Of a stretch of DNA of 64,000 nt, positions 60,839 to 64,000 are shown one piece after another. The first letter of the stretch is position 1. Every line of letters begins with the position of its first letter. This stretch comes from Candidatus Fimihabitans intestinipullorum. Its GTDB lineage: Bacteria > Bacillota_I > Bacilli_A > RF39 > UBA660. Below the pieces are notes generated by a model. The model ran no database searches, had not been told where the DNA came from, and worked only from the letters and a program-made list of their open reading frames with translations. The stretch is from positions 14,207-78,206 of the forward strand of contig DVML01000025.1 of the NCBI GenBank assembly GCA_018714965.1, given 5' to 3'. A program made the translations under genes and the position numbers.

Positions 60839-62620
60839 GTGATTGTGAAAGGACAAAAGATAAACGACCGTTATCAGATTATTCGTAGTATCGGTGAAGG
60901 TGGGATGGCCAATGTATATCTTGCTTACGATACGATTTTAGATAGAAATGTAGCTGTTAAGATCTTACGAGGAGATCTTGCAGATGACGAGAAATTTGTT
61001 CGTAAATTTCAAAGAGAGGCAATTAGTGCAAGTAGTTTGAGTCATCCGAATATCGTCGAAGTTTACGATGTCGGAGAGGACGATGGAAAATACTTTATCG
61101 TTATGGAGTATGTCGATGGACGTACGCTTAAAAGTTTGATTAAAAAGCGTGGAGCTTTAACGTTACCAGAAGTGATCGATATCATGTTACAACTTACGAG
61201 TGCGATCGCACATGCACATGATAGCTATATTATCCATCGTGATATCAAGCCACAAAATGTCTTGATTCTAGACGATGGAATGGTAAAGATTACGGACTTT
61301 GGAATTGCGATGGCTTTAAATAGCAACGAACTTACACAGACGAATTCTGTGATGGGATCTGTTCACTATTTACCACCAGAACAAGCAAATGGTAGTGGAT
61401 CGACGATTAAAAGCGATATTTACTCACTTGGAGTTTTAATGTTTGAACTTTTAACTGGAAAAGTACCATTTAAGGGAGATAACGCAGTTGAAATAGCAAT
61501 CAAACAAATGAAAGAACCAATCCCAAGTGTGTGCAAGATCAATCCTGAAATTCCGCAGAGTGTTGAAAATATCATTTTGAAAGCGTGTGCCAAAAATCCA
61601 AAGAATCGTTACGAAAATGTACGGGAGATGCATGAGGATTTAAAAACATGTCTTTCTAAGGAGCGATTAAATGAAGCTCGTAGTACGTATCAATATGCAG
61701 AGCAAGAGGTAGATGAAGGGACGAAACGACTTCCAAACTTAAGTCGACTCGATCATAGCAAAGCACTTGACGAATTAGAAGAAGAGGAAAAGAAGGATAA
61801 AAAGACAAATCGAGCGCTTATTATTACAGGAGCAATTTGTGCAGGGCTTGCAGCACTTCTTATTGCGTTCTTCTTTGTCATTCCAAAACTGACAAATAGT
61901 AAAGAGGTTGAAGTTCCAGATGTGACAGAGATGACAGAGGCGCAAGCAGAACAAGCATTAGAAGCTGCTGGATTAGAAGTAGCAACGAAGACTAAGAGTG
62001 AATATAGCGATGATGTCGAAGAAGATAAGGTTATTAAAACGGAGCCTTCTAAAAACAGAAGTGTAAAAAAAGGAACGAAAGTAACGCTTGTCTTATCGAA
62101 AGGAAAGAAGACATTTAAAGCAGAAAACTACGTTGGAAAGAATTATTATGAAGTCAAAGCTCAATTAGAAGCAAAAGGGGTTAACGTTTTAACAGAAACG
62201 AAAGAAGTGTCGAATGAAGAGGGTGCTCAGGAAAATATTATTTTAGAACAGAAGACGGCATCTGGTGCACAGCTCGAAGTAGGAACGAAGTTATCGAAGG
62301 GAGACACGGTAACGTTAGTCATTCCTGATATTTATACGCAGTATCCTGACTTTGTCAACGATCACTGGAATTTAAGTAATGTTCAAACTTTCTGTAACGA
62401 ACACAATATCGTATTAAATATCGAATATAAAGAGACGAATGATTATATAGAGGGAACGATCATTTCACAATCTCGTGTTGCAGGAAGTAAGGTAGTTGCA
62501 AATACCGCATTGAAGGTTGTCGTTGCAAAGGCAAAACCAACGCCTACACCGACACCTACACCAAGCCCAACACCAACAGCGACAGTACCTGATTCAGGTT
62601 CTTCTAATACAGGAGCGTAA
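60839..62620 (+). CDS. pknB: PASTA-domain Ser/Thr kinase (PknB/PrkC)
   Basis: GEGGMANVY, HRDIKPQN, DFG, GSVHYLPPEQ; TM; PASTA repeats; Pro-Thr tail. Confidence 0.95.
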   Translation: MIVKGQKINDRYQIIRSIGEGGMANVYLAYDTILDRNVAVKILRGDLADDEKFVRKFQREAISASSLSHPNIVEVYDVGEDDGKYFIVMEYVDGRTLKSLIKKRGALTLPEVIDIMLQLTSAIAHAHDSYIIHRDIKPQNVLILDDGMVKITDFGIAMALNSNELTQTNSVMGSVHYLPPEQANGSGSTIKSDIYSLGVLMFELLTGKVPFKGDNAVEIAIKQMKEPIPSVCKINPEIPQSVENIILKACAKNPKNRYENVREMHEDLKTCLSKERLNEARSTYQYAEQEVDEGTKRLPNLSRLDHSKALDELEEEEKKDKKTNRALIITGAICAGLAALLIAFFFVIPKLTNSKEVEVPDVTEMTEAQAEQALEAAGLEVATKTKSEYSDDVEEDKVIKTEPSKNRSVKKGTKVTLVLSKGKKTFKAENYVGKNYYEVKAQLEAKGVNVLTETKEVSNEEGAQENIILEQKTASGAQLEVGTKLSKGDTVTLVIPDIYTQYPDFVNDHWNLSNVQTFCNEHNIVLNIEYKETNDYIEGTIISQSRVAGSKVVANTALKVVVAKAKPTPTPTPTPSPTPTATVPDSGSSNTGA

Positions 62621-62621
62621 G

Positions 62622-63479
62622 ATGGAACAAGGTAGAATTATTAAGCTTGTAAGCAATGATTATACTGTACTCAAAGATGGAAAAGAATATGTCTGCAAAT
62701 CGAGGGGAAAGTTTCGCAAGATGAAGCTTTCTCCTCTTGTTGGAGATATCGTAAAATTCGATCAAGAACAACGTTATATTTTAGAGGTATGTCCACGTAA
62801 AAACGAACTTGTAAGACCTCCTGTTAGCAATGTCGATCAAGTTGTTATTATTACGAGTGTGAAAGAACCTGATTTGCAGACAAATTTACTCGATAAGTTA
62901 CTTTTGACGGTTTCTTATCATCGAATGAAACCGATTATTTGCTTTACAAAGCTAGATTTACTGACAGAAGAAGAATGTGAAAAAATAAAACCAATTTTAC
63001 AATATTATGAAAAAATAGGATACGAAGTTTATTTTAATACGGAACTTGAAGAGATCGCATCGTTGTTCGAAGAAAAGGTCACTGTTTTTACAGGGCAGAG
63101 TGGAGCTGGGAAATCGACTTTACTCAATCGTTTGGATACTAAATTACATCTTGCAACAGGTGAGATTTCTCTTGCCTTAGGTAGAGGTAGACATACGACG
63201 AGGCATGTCGAACTTTTACCAGTCGGAAATGGTCTTGTTGCAGATACCCCTGGATTTTCTTCGATATCTTTTCGTGGTATGAAAAAGCAAGAGTTAAAAG
63301 ATCACTTTATCGAATTTGAAAAGTATCAATCTGAGTGTAAATATAAAGATTGTATGCACGATAAAGACGATCATTGTAAAATTAAAGAACTTGTAAAAGA
63401 GGGGACGATTTTAAAGAGTCGATATGAGAATTACATTAAATTTTTAAGAGAGAAAGAAATGGAAAAAGAAAGTTGGTGA
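62622..63479 (+). CDS. rsgA: Ribosome small subunit-dependent GTPase A
   Basis: TKLD, GQSGAGKST, GRHTT, DTPGF, C-terminal Cys/His Zn motif. Confidence 0.95.
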   Translation: MEQGRIIKLVSNDYTVLKDGKEYVCKSRGKFRKMKLSPLVGDIVKFDQEQRYILEVCPRKNELVRPPVSNVDQVVIITSVKEPDLQTNLLDKLLLTVSYHRMKPIICFTKLDLLTEEECEKIKPILQYYEKIGYEVYFNTELEEIASLFEEKVTVFTGQSGAGKSTLLNRLDTKLHLATGEISLALGRGRHTTRHVELLPVGNGLVADTPGFSSISFRGMKKQELKDHFIEFEKYQSECKYKDCMHDKDDHCKIKELVKEGTILKSRYENYIKFLREKEMEKESW

Positions 63480-63482
63480 TGT

Positions 63483-64000
63483 ATGAAAGTATCTGCTTCC
63501 TTTTTGTCAATAGAGGATCAGTTAGAAGATAAGATCCAAACATTAGCGCACGCGAATCCTGATTACTTACATCTCGATATTATGGATGGTAACTTTGTTC
63601 CACGTAAGACGTGGTCAAAGGATGAGATGAAAACACTTTTAAAAGATATTGATACACCATTGGATGTCCATTTGATGGTAGAAGATATCGAGATGTATGC
63701 AAAAGAGTTTTCAGAGTTGCATCCTGAATTTATCACATTTCACATTGAAGCGACACGTCGCCCTGAAGAGATCATTCGATTTATTCATCATTTGGGATGC
63801 AGAGTTGGAATCACGTTAAACCCAAATACTTCACTTGAGAACATCATTCCTTATTTAGGAAAAGTAGATCTCGTTTTAGTGATGAGTGTTGAAGCAGGGG
63901 CGGGCGGACAAGAGTTTCTTCAAAACAGTATCGATCGTATTCATCGTTTAGAAGATATTCGAAAGCAAAATGGATATGAATATTTGATCGAAGTTGATGG
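63483..64000 (+). CDS. rpe: Ribulose-phosphate 3-epimerase (3'-truncated by window edge)
   Basis: SASFLS, HLDIMDGNFVP, DVHLMV, ITFH.E, LVMSV..G.GGQ.F, IEVDG. Confidence 0.95.
   Translation, partial: MKVSASFLSIEDQLEDKIQTLAHANPDYLHLDIMDGNFVPRKTWSKDEMKTLLKDIDTPLDVHLMVEDIEMYAKEFSELHPEFITFHIEATRRPEEIIRFIHHLGCRVGITLNPNTSLENIIPYLGKVDLVLVMSVEAGAGGQEFLQNSIDRIHRLEDIRKQNGYEYLIEVD

Noticed and set aside
62530-62590. Pro-Thr repeat at the end of pknB as a variable tandem repeat
   Set aside because: Codons are degenerate; it is an ordinary low-complexity protein tail

Overview
A low-GC chromosomal segment in standard genetic code from a genome-reduced, spore-forming member of the Bacilli; an RF39-like gut lineage is my inference from gene content. 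It keeps a Bacillus-like backbone: murF-ddl, five tRNAs, a minimal SufC-SufB/D pair, nrdDG, rny, lon ... spoVID-ysxE, dinB-hemW, thyX-tmk, CIRCE-hrcA-grpE-dnaK-pepF-dnaJ, and fmt ... secG ... rlmN-stp-pknB-rsgA-rpe. Several sporulation genes carry sigmaE/G/K-type promoters. About ten orphan, helical or enzyme-fused genes are inserted singly into this backbone with no mobile element in sight. They include four tandem ~270-aa diverged paralogs directly after lon, a Spo0A DNA-binding domain without a receiver domain, an extra PP2C phosphatase and a kinase-like protein. Most end in a similar motif (hydrophobic-[QKR]-[KR]-x-[LFM]), which may mark an undescribed export or targeting system. No CRISPR array, rRNA, integrase or transposase was found. 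All calls were made by eye from motifs; no database searches were run.
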